Below, one piece after another: positions 15,059-27,967 of a DNA stretch of 64,000 nt. The stretch lies in NCBI RefSeq assembly GCF_009914755.1, contig NC_060934.1, one strand, 5' to 3'. The notes below the pieces were generated by a model. It was not told where the DNA came from and searched no databases. It saw only the letters and a program-made list of their open reading frames with translations. The DNA is from the human T2T-CHM13v2.0 reference genome, Homo sapiens. Position 1 is the first letter of the stretch, and the number at the start of each line of letters is the position of its first letter. The position numbers were made by a program, and so were the translations under genes.

Positions 15059-17387
15059 GTCCCCTCTACTACAAAAAGGTGATCTATTATACTTCAAAGT
15101 TAACTTGGAAAACAAGTATTACAATAGAATGTGATATATTTGCCCTCTTCCCCCCAAAATTTACATATCGATATCCTTTAAGGATAGTATACACATAGCA
15201 AACTATTTTTAGATACAATAGGATACTGAGCACCTTCTAAATCCATGAAGTATGATAAAGATACAATACTTTAAGTATCACTTTAGAATTAAATATTTAG
15301 CATATTACATTCTAATTCTGTAAAAACTGGTAGTACTATATGGCACATCAGTCTCTATTATCCAAAACGCAAAATTAACAAGGAACTTAATTTTTAAATT
15401 CACACTAAATCAAGTGTACTGTCTTGTAAACATTTTAAAAAGAAAAAGATATTCCTCTGAAATTTCACTTGAAACTTTAGAAAACCAATCCAAATTTTAT
15501 TTCACTTGGAACATCCATTCCATATAATGATAATGTGAGGATCTCTTTGGTTAAGCCTTGTGGTAACAGAGTTAATCACAATAAAAGGAACTCAAACAGT
15601 ATCAAATAACAACGTGTTGTCTAGTTTTGTTTAACTTCACCATCCAGAGGGTTGAGTTAACTATACTTCCCGGTTCATGGCACATTATCATTATTTTCTT
15701 TCTTTATTCCTTTTCATCTCCATAGCCCACTCCCATGCTCTGGATCCCACGCAGGCAGCCATTCTAACGTGTTTAAGGAGTATCTTTATGTAAGATGTAC
15801 TTTATGTAAGTACTCTTACAAAATGTGCACTGTGCTGGGCTAATGAATTTTAAACTCACATAAAGGATTTAATGTTTATGTACTTCACACTCTTATCTTT
15901 TCACCAAGCACTATATTCTTAAAATCTATTTGAATTCCTTATGTTTATCTAATCCTTTGCTTCTACAGCTACAGACAACTCCATGACGTGCACCCGCCAT
16001 TTTTCCTCTCCCCCAAGCAATGCTCACTCAGTTACCTCCCATTCCCCTCCACCACTAATAACAGAAGTAAACAACCTTGGACATGTCCTCTTGGGGACCT
16101 CTGGTACACATTCCTGTGTCCACCTGTAGGAACGGAATTGCTGGGTCACAGAGTAGATAACTAGTCAATTTGCTTAAGTAATGCCAGATTGCTTCCCAGA
16201 ACAGCAGCCCCCATCTGTGCTTCCACCAGCACACGCAAGGCTTCCTATTTATTCCCTCCTTCCCTCATTTGGCTTTGCTATTATACTTCTTAGCTCCCTA
16301 AGAACCAGGAATAAGTCTAACTCAGAACCTTGCTTTTCTTTTCTTTTCAATAAAATGAGACTCTCTACTTCAACTACCTGATATGGTTGTTGTGAGACAT
16401 GAATACAAAGAAATAACATGAGAGTACTTTTTAAAATATATAAATAGCTGCTTACAAAGGTAAGCAATTAGTGTTATTTTTGTTCTTATAATGAAAGTTT
16501 CTAACTATTGTCCCCCCATCCCAGCCCCAAAAAGAAAGGAGATAAGTGAATGAGCCTAAAGCTTGGAAAATGAAATTTTCCGAAACATAGGGAAACTGAA
16601 ACAGAATGGGGAAAGTAATTTTTCTTGTTTACTCATCTATGCATTTATTTCATCAAATATTTTATTAAGAACTATGTACCTGGCCCTCTACTAGTCCTAA
16701 AATATAAAAAATTGTACAGCAAATATGCACAAAGTTCACATCCAAGTTTTCCATGTATGCCTTGAATTTTGTAATTACTTCAACAATGTAATTACTTCAA
16801 CGATGATAGCTTCTGGTATCACAGAAGAACAGCTCCTATTTATTGATCATCTACTATATCAGCACATCACATAGCTTCTCTCAGATACTTAGAACAATCC
16901 CACAAGGTGGATGTGATTACTTTAATCCTTCATATAAAAAAAAACAGACACAGTTAGGTGATTTGCCAAGTCAAGCAATTAAATTGTACAGCCAGAAAAC
17001 CCCAGCTCATTAAAGTCCAGGTTTCTCCTTTCCACTCCATCTAATTTCTGCCTAAAACATAGGTTCAAAGTTATTTGTAGCAGTGTCAGACATAAGGATA
17101 TGAACAAAATGTCATAGAAAGTACAAAAGTGGACACAAGGTTCAACAGTAAACACTACCATTTATTTATTTAATATTCATCATGTACCAAGTGCTCTATG
17201 TGCATTAGTTATAATCCTTATACAAATATTGTAAAGGAGCTGCTTCATCTCCATTTTAAAGATGTGGAAGCTGAGATTCAGTTTACCAAGGTCATGCAGT
17301 TGCTACACCAGTAAAATCCAGACTAAAACATAGCTCTTCCTAACTCTAAAACCATGGTTTTGTTTTTGTTTTTTTCTTCTTTGCTGT

Positions 17388-18296
17388 AAATGGGTACTTC
17401 CTATTTGAGAGTGATAGAAATTTTCTAAAACTAGTTTGTGGTGGTGGTTGTACAACTCTGTAAATAAACAAAATTCACTGAATTGAGCGCTTTAGATGGG
17501 TGAATTCTATGGTATATAAATTATATCACAATAAAGCTGTTTTTAAAAACTTGTTTTCCTTCTGTAACTATATTTTCTTTTACAAGCTTGTAAAGTCTTA
17601 TTTAACATCAACGTCTTTTTTCAATCAATATTCACATTTCATCAATAGTTACAATTGCATTTAAAAAATGTTCAGATTAAGTAAATACCAAAGGAACAAT
17701 TTCCCCAATGGATTTTCCTCTACCCTACCATTCTGATCTAAAATCTTTCATTCCCTAGAGATGTGAGGTAAGACATGAATATTTTCTTACAGAGTTAAGT
17801 ACATACTAACCTTAGATCCTACAATTTCAGTCTTAAGCACTTACATACCCCCGCCCCAAGCAAAAGAAAGGGAAAGGATTTTTGTACAAATATATTCTTG
17901 GCATCTTTATTTGTCACAGTCAAAAGTTGAAAACAACTCAAATGTCTGGTGAATGGACAAACTGTGGCATGTTCATGCAATGAAATACTACTTAGCAATA
18001 AAAAGGAATAATCTACTAATACCTAAAACAACATGGATTAATATCAAAAACATTATGCTCAGAGAAAGAAGCTAGACACAAAAATGTATACATAGGCAAA
18101 ACTCATCTATAGTGAAAGAGATCAGACTGGCAGTCTCCTGGAGGGTTGGGAGTTTAACTGGAAAAGAACTCAAGTAAACTTCTCAGTTTGGCAAAAATAT
18201 TCTATTGTGATAGGGTTTGATAACTGTCAAAATTCAACAAATTGTACACTTAAATGTAGTGAGTTTTATTGTATGTGAATTATACCTCAATAAAGG
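17388..18296 (+). mobile_element. L1MB/L1ME 3'-end fragments
   Basis: Two 3' UTR pieces ending TTATATCACAATAAAGCTG and TTATACCTCAATAAAG. Confidence 0.65.
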
Positions 18297-18717
18297 TGAT
18301 AATTAGACATGTACACATACCAACACATACACAAGCAAAACAAGAATCTATTATGCTTAACTTGACATCCTTAGAAACAGGGTCTTAAAAATCATAATCC
18401 ATCATCCTAACATCAAATAAGCCAGTTACAGACCTCAGTTCTCTCATATCTAATCTAGGTATTTAAGGATCTACTTGGCATTTATTTTGTTCTCAGTGGA
18501 AAAAGAGAGACCTAATCAACTATTCTCAGTGTAAGAGCCCTTTCCCTACTTAAAAGTTCATTGAAACAGTCTGCTAAACTATGACATTTTGAAAAGTAAG
18601 AACTAGTTATTTATCTGTGCTTCCCCATGTGTGCCTGATACCTGGTGTCACATAAGTTTGAAAAAAAATAAACCGTTCATCCAACTAAAAATGAAATCTG
18701 TGCATCTCACTGTACGT

Positions 18718-18871
18718 AAGTGGTGTGCTTACCAATTCTGTGCTTCTCTTTCCAACTCCATGTTCATCGCCTCTTGGTAACTTGAAATCAGCCATAGTAA
18801 AGGTAGGAATCAGCAAATGCTACAAATCAGGGCTTTTTTTCTTTTAGGGACATTTTACCAGCCTACCACTG
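18718..18871. mobile_element. MER63-like hAT-Blackjack MITE
   Basis: Termini AGTGGTGTGCT / CCAGCCTACCACTG; internal GCAAATGCTACAAATCAGGGCTTT. Confidence 0.7.
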
Positions 18872-20879
18872 ATAATATCTCAACTTTTTAAAAAAAGAAA
18901 GAAAACCTCAAGGACCCACAGAGGCCAAGCAGTTATTCTCAATTGTTCTCCACCTACTACGGGAAATGTTTCCGTTCTTCTACACCCAAGTCCTTGTTTT
19001 TTGGTGAGTGTTCAATTACCAGCCCAAACTCACTGACATGTCATCTTACCACTTCCTGTTGGAACTAACAAATGTTTGTTGTCTAAGATGCCATCAATCG
19101 TAGGGAGCACAATTGCTTTAAAATAAGATTTTCTGAGAAAACGAAATCATTTTTTTAAAAACAATAAATCAATAAATGTAAAAGTTCCCAACATTTGGAA
19201 AATTATTCTAACATTAGGAATTCCAATGTGAGGGAAAAAGTGTTTCCTAGAAACAAGGAAATGTATCACTTATTACTAATTGTCTATAACTCTTTCAGCA
19301 TTTAAATTTTTTTAAATCGTAGACTGTTATAGTTGGAATAAACCTTAGAAATGCTTTTTTCCAACCCTCTCCTTCGTCTAGTGAAGAAATGGAAGCTCAG
19401 GAAGTGATACATTTCTGAGGTTACAGAACTAGTTAGTTGGAGAACGGGGACTTCATTCCTTGACTCTTGGTTTTACTACCATTGGTCTCTCCATCAGTTA
19501 CCAGACAAAGGTTCCAATCCAATTTCAGGTTACCAAATTACAGCTTGTATAGTCTTCCTGAAGGTCAATTTCATCATGTATAAAATGCCAGGGGTGGTGG
19601 GTAACAATACTTACCCTCTAGTTTATTGTGAAGTACATAGTATCTACTGTGAGAGGCATAATAAATCATGGTTGTTATTATTACTAGACAATGCAGTTGT
19701 ATTTTCAAGATGCATATGTCTTCTCTATCTTGGATTATATACTTCTTTTTACTTAACAGTAAACCCCATGCTTTCACTGTGTACCTAAGAGTGCCTTTTA
19801 CAAGATAGGAGCTCAAAAGTACGTGTTGTTTAAATAATGGAAGCTGTTACTAAATCTGAATGTCAGGTCCTTATCATTTTTAGATTCTTAACTTAACAAA
19901 CATTAATTGGAGTTAATGTGTATCAAGCCCTATGTTTGATGCTAATGAGCAACACTGCAGTCACATAGCTGCTTTTTGCCAGATTCCCTATAAAGCATCA
20001 TGACATGAAAAAAGTGGGGAAAGAGAAGCCCTACACTTGTAGAGCATATCCTCAGCATGAAGCCTTGACATCCCCCAGAGAAGTAGCACAGCCCAGAAAT
20101 GAAGCTAGATGACATAATAGCTACCAATAAATCACCATAGTTATCTTCAAAACACATAGGAAAATAGCCTTTCCAGTTTAGCAACACATAGTTCTTAATT
20201 CAACAATGGCATTCAAATTAACTTCAGTTCTGGCATTCAAATTAACTTCCCCTATCAAGCCAGGTCCAAAATATATGTTAGGGCCAATTTTTCATTACTT
20301 CCCTTCTCTTAACATCATCTGAAAATGACAGCGCCAAAGCATCATCTGATCAAAAAACACCACAATAATTTATTTCATATTTTAAAGCTCTAACTCCAAA
20401 CACTAGATCATTTAGCCTCAGGTTATTAATATACATCAAATACTAGAAGCAGTTTGTTCTAGGAAAAATACTACCATCTACTCAGAACTGAAAACACATA
20501 ACTTTCATCTGATTGCTTTCTTCTTGTCCATCACACCACATGACACTTGGTAATTAATCCATATAAGACCTTCCTAAGAGAGAAAATTCAGGAGTAATTT
20601 CCATAAAACTTCAACAAATTACTTCTATTTTGGTACCACTGATCTCACTCTCATAGTCAAACAGGAATCTGATCAACTCCTGGAAAAATCTATGTCCTTT
20701 TGAATGGACAAACCCTTTGGATGATTTTGTTTGTCCACCTTCAAACATGCTGAGACAAGTGTCTGGGATATATTTCAACGATGCATGTAGATTTTGGAAA
20801 TGTTACCACATTTTTTAGAGTCTAATCAGGAAAAAAGATGCATGGTCCTCAAATAAATACTGTACTTAATGCTAAAAGA

Positions 20880-21186
20880 TTTTTGTTTTTGAGACAGGGT
20901 CTCACTCCACTGCACTCCACCCTGTCACCCAGGCTGGAGTGCAGTGGCATGAGTATCACTTACTGTGGCCTCAACCTCCCAGGCCCAAGTGATCCTCCCA
21001 CCTCAGCCTCCAGAATAGCTGGGACTACAGGCACTTGCCCCCATGCCCTACTAATTTTTTCATTTTCTGTAGACACAGGGTCTCGCTATATTACCAGGGC
21101 TGGTCTCGAACTCCTGGGCTCAAGTGATCCTCGCATCTCGGCCTCCCAAAGTTCTGGGATTATAGGCATAAACCACCATGCCTGCT
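20880..21186 (-). mobile_element. AluJ
   Basis: Reverse dimeric Alu. Confidence 0.9.
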
Positions 21187-23454
21187 CTAATAGAACTTTC
21201 AAATTATAACTAATAACAGCTGATCTTTTAATACTTAAAACACATGTCTAGGAGAAAGTAGACTATATTAAAACAGCTTTTAAAATTGTATCATGGATAG
21301 AAGGCAAATGAAAAATTTTAAGCTATTTTCACGTGTCGACAAAGGATGAAAATAAAAAATTGCAATTAAATGGCCCTATTGTTCCAAGTACCTTAACATT
21401 AACCCAGCATCTGACTGGCATTCACATTTGCAAGATCCAAGGATATAGTTATGTGAACAACAGCCCAGTCAATACATACAGGGAAAAGTTACTTCAGATC
21501 TGATTAGATCTTTAGTAACCTTGATCTTTCTAGAAGTATAAACTTTAATAATGTGAGTTTGGGGAAGCTGTATCAAGGCTAAACATTCCAATTAAAATTC
21601 ATTATGTGTTCTAACTCAGAATCAATCTTGTGTAAAAGTGTCAGATAGTTGGACTTGTCAGTTTCAGGTATTTACTTCATTCAAAAAGGTAAAAATGCCA
21701 TTTACGTAGGCTAGAATTTTATATAATCTCCAATTTGGATTATACAGATTCCCTATAATTACAATAACACATTCGACAAAAATATACAGACATTTTGTGC
21801 ATAAAAATGAATAACTTTAAATAAAGAAGTAACTAATTGGAGATTAACCTGGGGAAAACGGCTGAGAGTCCATAACAATTATATTCTTCTCAGTTATCAA
21901 CATATTATTCTAGAGTTAGGCACACTTATTTCTTTAAACTCATGAACACTGTAAAAAGAAAAAAAAATTAAGTACTGAAAAAAAGAAAACCACAGATATA
22001 CATACACTAATATAAACACCACCACAAAAATGCAAACAGATTCAGAATCCACACTGTTTCCTTGGATTCCAAAACACACCATTGGCCTTTACATTGTCTG
22101 AAGGATCTTGAGCTACAATATCTGCTATGGAGTGTAACACATCACTGTGAGATTATGAAACATATTTATTTATGTCTTAACAAAAAGAACACTGAGAACC
22201 ATCATAAATAACAATCTAACTACTGTCCAAATTCAAAGCTCACTTATTTATCCTCCACTGATTTGAGAACTAAGAGAAGTTGGCCCTCCAGATATTAGTA
22301 GCTGATTTGGAGATATTCAAAGGATTGTTTTGCTTCAGTCAATTTTTGTTTCAGAACTGTGGTTTTAACTTTACATTCACTTTCATTACAGAAATTTGCT
22401 TCCTTAAACACGCACCGGTTTGAGCCCAGGTCAGCAGATGACAAGGCTGCCTGAACTGCTAAAGCAGCAATCTGTGTCCAATCTGAGACTGCCTCCCTAT
22501 AAAGCCTACCTGCCCTGACCTACCCTCCTGGAATGAAGTCCCATGTAACCCCAGGATGACTCTTCTATGCTTTTACGAATAAGAGAAAGTGACCTCTTCC
22601 AAAATTAGACAACCCACACTCTCAAGCAAGCAAAATCAAAATCAGAATCTAGGTAGCAATCAAAACCACCAATTGACTTGGTTGAAACTTCAGAGTCTTC
22701 TTTTGAAGACTTCTCATTGATTCCCTGAGGATTTTTAGAGACGACAACTAAAGGAAAAACATGGCATGGGCAAGATTTGTGTTTCAAGGGCAATTCTACA
22801 TAACTTAAAACTAGGTGAACTGTTGTTTTCAAGACGATTCAAATGTGCCTCATTTTTAAAACATGTAGTATTTATTCTTCTGCGAAAATAGTTAATGCAA
22901 GCCCACGATTTAAAAAAAAAACCAAAAGTCCTAAAAGGTATGTGAAAGGTAAGGGTAAGTCTCCCTCCTCACCCTCTCATTTGTCTCCCCAATCCCCCTT
23001 CCCGGGACGACTACTGTTTCTCAGGAACCTTTCCCTAGCCATTCTATGCAAATGCAAACATAAGCGAGTGTTTTAAACCAATTATGCCACATTATACACA
23101 CCGTGGCAGCACCAAAATTGCTATTAAACGCCTCCGGGCGTAAAGGTGGCAATCTGCTGAGGGGTGTGGGGTGGGAAGAAGGAGACTATCTTGATGCAGC
23201 GGTTTTGCTCGTCAGGCAACCGATTTCTACTTCTTGTTTTTGTTTGCATGCCTTTACAAGGCTCTCGGAGATCGGAGATCGAAGAGAAGGTAAATCCACC
23301 AAAGCCACCCCCTGGCACTGCCACGATAGCCACCCTGCTCTGCACGTTTCTGTCTCAATCTATGAAGTATGTTCTATACTTTCATGGAGTTAAATCGACT
23401 CACTTTCAAAAAAGAAAACAAAACAAAACAAACAACAACAAAAAAACGCCTAAC

Positions 23455-23523
23455 TCTGAAGGTAACTTTCAGAGTCTGAAGGTAACTTTCAGAGCCAGGT
23501 GATTTCCGAACCAGGTGATTTCC
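23455..23523. repeat. Two adjacent short tandem duplications (20 bp x2; 13 bp x2)
   Basis: TCTGAAGGTAACTTTCAGAG twice, then CCAGGTGATTTCC-GAA-CCAGGTGATTTCC. Confidence 0.95.
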
Positions 23524-24400
23524 TCCCCGCCAAACGTGCAGCCTCTGCAGCCTGCTTCAGTCGTGTCCTTAGGAAAGGTTCAGCCTGGCACGGAGTTGGA
23601 GGGGCGAGCCAAGAGCAGAGAAGCCCCAAGACGAGAGACCGAGGTGAGGGCGTCCTGAGCCCGGGGCCCGCTTTTCTTTTTCCAGACGAATGTTTCCAAG
23701 CAGAAGCCCCAAGTCCTCGGGCCCCCCTCTCTCCTGGGGATGCTCCAGCACTGGGACCGAGTTCGAGCTCTCGCCTCTGTCCCGGGCCGCAACTTCCAGG
23801 CGCAACTGGACTCCCACGATCCGCAGGAACCGAGTCCCCTCCACTCGCCCTCCCGGAGCCTCGCGGCGCCGCCTGGCACCCCCAGGAGGGCAGGACTCCT
23901 GGGGCCCCCCGGCCCGGGCCTCCCGCCCGCCCGGGTCCCCGCATGCCCCTGGGTGAAGGCAGCCGCAGGTAGGGGGGCGGCGCGGCGCTCACCTGGGCAG
24001 GAGCGGAGTCCTCGGTGCCCGCGGGAGAGGAGGAGGCGGAGGAGGCCATGTTGTGGGGCTGCTGCTGCTGCTCCTTCCAGGAACTCCAGTCTCTCCTCCC
24101 CGTCCCGCTCCTCGGGCCTCCAAACGTGGGACTTCTTGGGAAAAAGTTCGGCCGCGGCTCAGGAACACCAAGCGCGGCCCCGCGACGCCCGCCCAGCGCG
24201 GCCTATCCTCCTCCTGCTGTGTCCGCTGCGACCGCCAGGTGCCCGCGCGGGCCGGTGCGCCGGGGGCGGGCCCGGCTCAGGTAAAGGCGCGGCTGGGCCG
24301 GAGGCCGAGGCTGCGCTGCACCCAGCTCCCCGCGATCACATCCAGTCGGCCAGGGCCCAGGGGCCAGGGTAAGAGGAAGACGGCCTTAGGGTGACTAGGA
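23500..24400. promoter_or_regulatory. CpG-island promoter / 5' UTR of the minus-strand gene
   Basis: Abrupt GC- and CpG-rich block in an otherwise CpG-depleted window; GC box GGGGGCGGG at ~24262-24270; YY1-like GCCATGTT overlapping the ATG; no TATA box seen. Confidence 0.9.
23993..24049 (-). CDS. Coding part (or uORF) of first exon of an unidentified minus-strand gene: MASSASSSPAGTEDSAPAQ, phase-0 donor
   Basis: Minus strand reads CCACAAC-ATG-G (A at -3, G at +4); no other ATG for ~290 nt upstream; 57 nt = 19 codons ending CAG|GTGAGC (23987-23992); inside the CpG island. No downstream coding exon identified in the window. Confidence 0.7.
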
Positions 24401-24989
24401 GCAGCAGAGGCAGCTCCAGGAAGAGAGGGAGGGCGAGTCCTCTTTCCTCCGGGCTGCTGAATAGAGTTTCATTAGCCATCCCCATAATAATAATAATAAT
24501 AAAATAACATGGCTTAAGGGAATAAAATCATCTTTAGGCAATTTTGTTTTTGCATTTTTATTATTATTAATCTGTAGCATGCGATCTATGTAAAAGCAAT
24601 GTTTCCCAGGCAGATAGCTTCCGAGCAATGCCCCCAGCCTCCCTTCCACCCCGCCGAGGTCCTGGCAGCACTCAGATTGCTTCAGCTACGTGCCCAATGA
24701 AAATATTAAACTCTGGAGCTGTCCGGGGTGGGAGGGAGGCACTGAGCCTGGTCCAGCAACAGAATGGGGAGCAGGGGACCTCTGAGCGTCCTTGTTTCTA
24801 GGAGCTCATATGATAAGGGTTTTGCTGCACTCCTGTCCTGGACAAGGCCGGCGGGATAGGTGGATATCAGGCCACTGCCCCCACAGAATTTACTATTCTA
24901 CTTGGTGTGGGGCGAGGGGAGCAATTGCCCTCACGTCATGTCTCCTAAAGGGAGGACATCTCACTTGGAGTCACGGAAGATAGGTCTAG

Positions 24990-25412
24990 TCGGTGCACCG
25001 AGCAGGGCCAGGGCATTAAATGACTGTGAATCACATAGTAAGAAATGGATTCCTTTTTGCATTCTCTTTCAGTTCTTCTGTATACAAGGAGAAAGTATTC
25101 TCTCTCAAACAGTAAACTCCCTTTTATCACAGAGCAGGCTCCAGGCTCAAAGCCCTAGGTAAGCACTGGTATCTAACTGGAATTTATAACATTGTTTCAT
25201 TTTCATTGTTTAGTTCCATTGTTTATTGTTACTGTTATTTTCTATTTAAGGCAAGTGAAAGTGGGTTTTCTATTTAAGGTAGGGATCCAGAAGTTCTTTC
25301 CTAGCAAATATATATGTTTAAAAAATATTTTAAAAGGGTAATTGTCCAGGTGGGACTGGGATAAGCAAAATTTCAAAAGGTAGGCAGGGAATGACTAAAG
25401 TATGGGAAACAT
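24990..25412 (-). mobile_element. MER113-like hAT-Charlie element
   Basis: GGCATTAAAT..GAATCACATAGT, CAAGGAGAAAGT and terminal GAATGACTAAAGTATGGGAAACA match the recalled consensus. Confidence 0.6.
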
Positions 25413-25711
25413 ACTTTTACCAACAAGTAACAACTAAATACTGGAATGACTTTATTACCAGAGAACACTGCAGTGAGTTAGCTATGTCTCCCATCTAACA
25501 CCTTGCTCATTTTCTCCGTAACACACATTAAACTGAAATAACATTTATTGGGCATTAGCTCTGTGTTGGACCCTGTGCTAAGCACTTTATTCATGTGGTC
25601 TCATTTAGTCTTCACAAAACCCTTGCAAGACAGGCAGCACAATCTGGAAACTGAGTGTCAGAAACATTATTTAGCCAAGGTCACACACTAATAGAGTAAC
25701 AATAACTCTTT

Positions 25712-25878
25712 AGGCATTCTTAACATGAGCTTTATAAACCACTTCAGAATTTAGCAAGTCCATAAACCCCTTAAAATTTTATGTTAAATTCTGTGTGCTA
25801 TTTCATAGGGAGAAAGCACATCATCTTCATCAACTTTTCAAAAGGATTTGTGTGTCCCCAGAAAGTTAAGAACCACTG
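25712..25878 (+). mobile_element. MER103-like hAT-Charlie MITE
   Basis: TTCTTAAC ... GTTAAGAACCACTG termini. Confidence 0.55.
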
Positions 25879-26479
25879 TCATCATTATTTCCAAGGCTAT
25901 CCTATGCCTTGGATTTTAAGGTCCGTTGGGGCAAAAGTCCTGTTTTCTTTTATCTCTCACTGTGCCTAGCCTAGTTCTCTATTCCCTCAGGCACTCATAG
26001 GAATTGGTTGCCCAAATTGAATGTGTGAAGCAGACAATAGAGACTACAAGGGCCAGGTGCTAGTGGCTTGGGAGACGCATCACCTTGGTAAAGCCTGCAG
26101 AGACACAGGTATTTTACAAGCCAACTCCCTGGCACCGATACAGCCACAGAGCCATCTTAAACAAGAGGCAAGCAGCCAGCCAGGTAGACAATAGAGGGAG
26201 AAAAAAACTCTACAGGAAGTTAGCACAAGGAGCAGCACCTGGGAGAGAAGCTCAGAAAGGGGTGCTTCCCTGCAGAGCTATTCCAGGCAAGTCTGTTGAT
26301 CTGGCTGTCTGTTTCTGAGAAATACTTGTATTCCAGAGCATCAAAGACACTTCCCCTCCTCCAGAGGCATACTGCAACACAACTGAAAAGCTAACTGGAA
26401 GAAGTAACTGACAGTCTGGCAACATCTCTCCTACCTTTAAAGATTAAACCAAAAATCTTTCCATGCAGCCTAAGTTTGT

Positions 26480-27680
26480 CTCTAAGTTTGTCCTCCTCTC
26501 TGTTTCTCTTTTCACGGCCAAGTATCTTGAAGGGATAGTAGTTGACACTGCGGTCCCTTTTTTCTCACTTGCACACTACTTTATTTATAGTTATCAGGCT
26601 TCTGCCCTTCCTCAGCTACTGAAACTTCTCTTTTCAAGTTATGGTTGATCTCCTCTTTGCCACAGCCATGAAAGACTTTTCTAGACCATATCTAGGTTAT
26701 TTTTTCAAGATCATTTGGTATGGCTGACTGTTATCTCCTCCTTAAACATCTTCTAGGATTTTGACCTCCGTCTGCCTTATTTCTCACATCATGCACTATC
26801 TCTTTGTGATCTCATTCACATTAAGGCTTAGCTATCACATAATGACTCCCAAATCCAACTAAGACAATTTCCCTGAATCCCAAACCCAATTTCTTCTCAT
26901 CCAAAAGGGAAAACATCATTTCTCCTTTCCTACCCCCAAGGACAGCAGAATCATGTACTACCAATGCTCCCTAGCCTAGCACCACCAAGCAAGCAAGACC
27001 TTGAAGTCAGGGGAGGAGACTCTGCCCCCCATCTCCCAATCCAATCAGATATTGAGCCCTTAAATGTCCCTTCTTATACATCTCCACTACATCCCTGCCT
27101 TTGATTCTCTAATGGCTATGACTTATTGAGCAATTACTATGTGTCAAACCATGCCAACTTGCATTTTCTCATCATCTCTTACCTGGACAACTTCAATATC
27201 CTCCTAATTTTGTGTAGTGTATCAGCTCTGTCCAATCTTATGATTTGTCTAAAATTTCAAATCTGTTCATATGTTTATACAATGGTAAATAACTACTTAG
27301 TAGCTCATTCTATCTTCACAATAAGGGTTAACTCAGCATGGGTCCTTGTCCTCTTCTTCCACTGGATCTCAGTTACTCTCCATCACCATTTCCATCTCCA
27401 TTCCCTTCTCCCTCTACCTCAGGCAACACACACACACAGCCATTCTGAAATACTTGCAGTTCCCCACAAACACCAAGGCCATTGTCTTTCTACAAGCCAT
27501 TTCTTCTGCCTAGAAAGCCCTTTTCCCCATCCTCCAGTTCTCTGTTTCACCCATCTTCTCTGCCTGGTTAACTCCTATTCATCCATCAAGACTCCTCTCA
27601 GAAAATACATCTTTGAGGAGGCCTGACTCTTTTTCTATTACAATGTAGTTTGTTGCCCTTTGTTCTGCCAAAACACCCTG
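26480..27680 (+). mobile_element. L2 fragments
   Basis: Pyrimidine-rich diverged L2 text; hosts the spurious 166-aa ORF. Confidence 0.6.
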
Positions 27681-27709
27681 CAGCATACCTCTAACAATTT
27701 TGAAGAATA

Positions 27710-27967
27710 TGTTCCCAAACATTTTCTGCAATTCAGAAATCTAAACAATTACAAAAACTGGAAACCTAAACAGAATTGATATGAGGTTATTTATAGTTTT
27801 TATCCCATTTAGTGTGACTAGTTCTATGTCTTAACTATGAAGTACTTCCCCAGGCCCTTTTACTGGTATTATGTGATATATAGTGTGTATACCATATCAC
27901 TATTCTAAAAATTCTGAATCGCAAACATATTTGCCTTCAGGGGTTTCAGATAAGGGTTATAGACCTA
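27710..27967 (-). mobile_element. MER46C-like Tigger MITE
   Basis: AAAATTCTGAATCGCAAACATATTTG..GGGTTTCAGATAAGGG..GACCT terminus. Confidence 0.65.

Noticed and set aside
17579-17594. 16-bp palindrome TTTACAAGCTTGTAAA
   Set aside because: 8-bp arms are expected about once per 64 kb by chance.
19574-19816. 80-aa minus ORF with a G|GTAAGTAT donor as possible exon 2
   Set aside because: The donor lies in MIR-like sequence, the acceptor is weak and the peptide is not protein-like.
23993-24049. Assigning a gene symbol
   Set aside because: I do not reliably recognise the 19-aa peptide; needs BLAT/BLASTP.
23489-24394. Long overlapping ORFs (186, 157, 210 and 113 aa) on both strands
   Set aside because: Expected stop-codon scarcity in a CpG island; P/G/A/R-rich with no domain; the 186-aa ORF just reads through the exon-1 donor.
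24484-24570. (TAA)n ... (TTA)n inverted arrangement upstream of the promoter
   Set aside because: Low-complexity complementarity; not distinguishable from chance.
27126-27626. 166-aa ORF
   Set aside because: Inside L2-derived pyrimidine-rich sequence; no recognisable domain.
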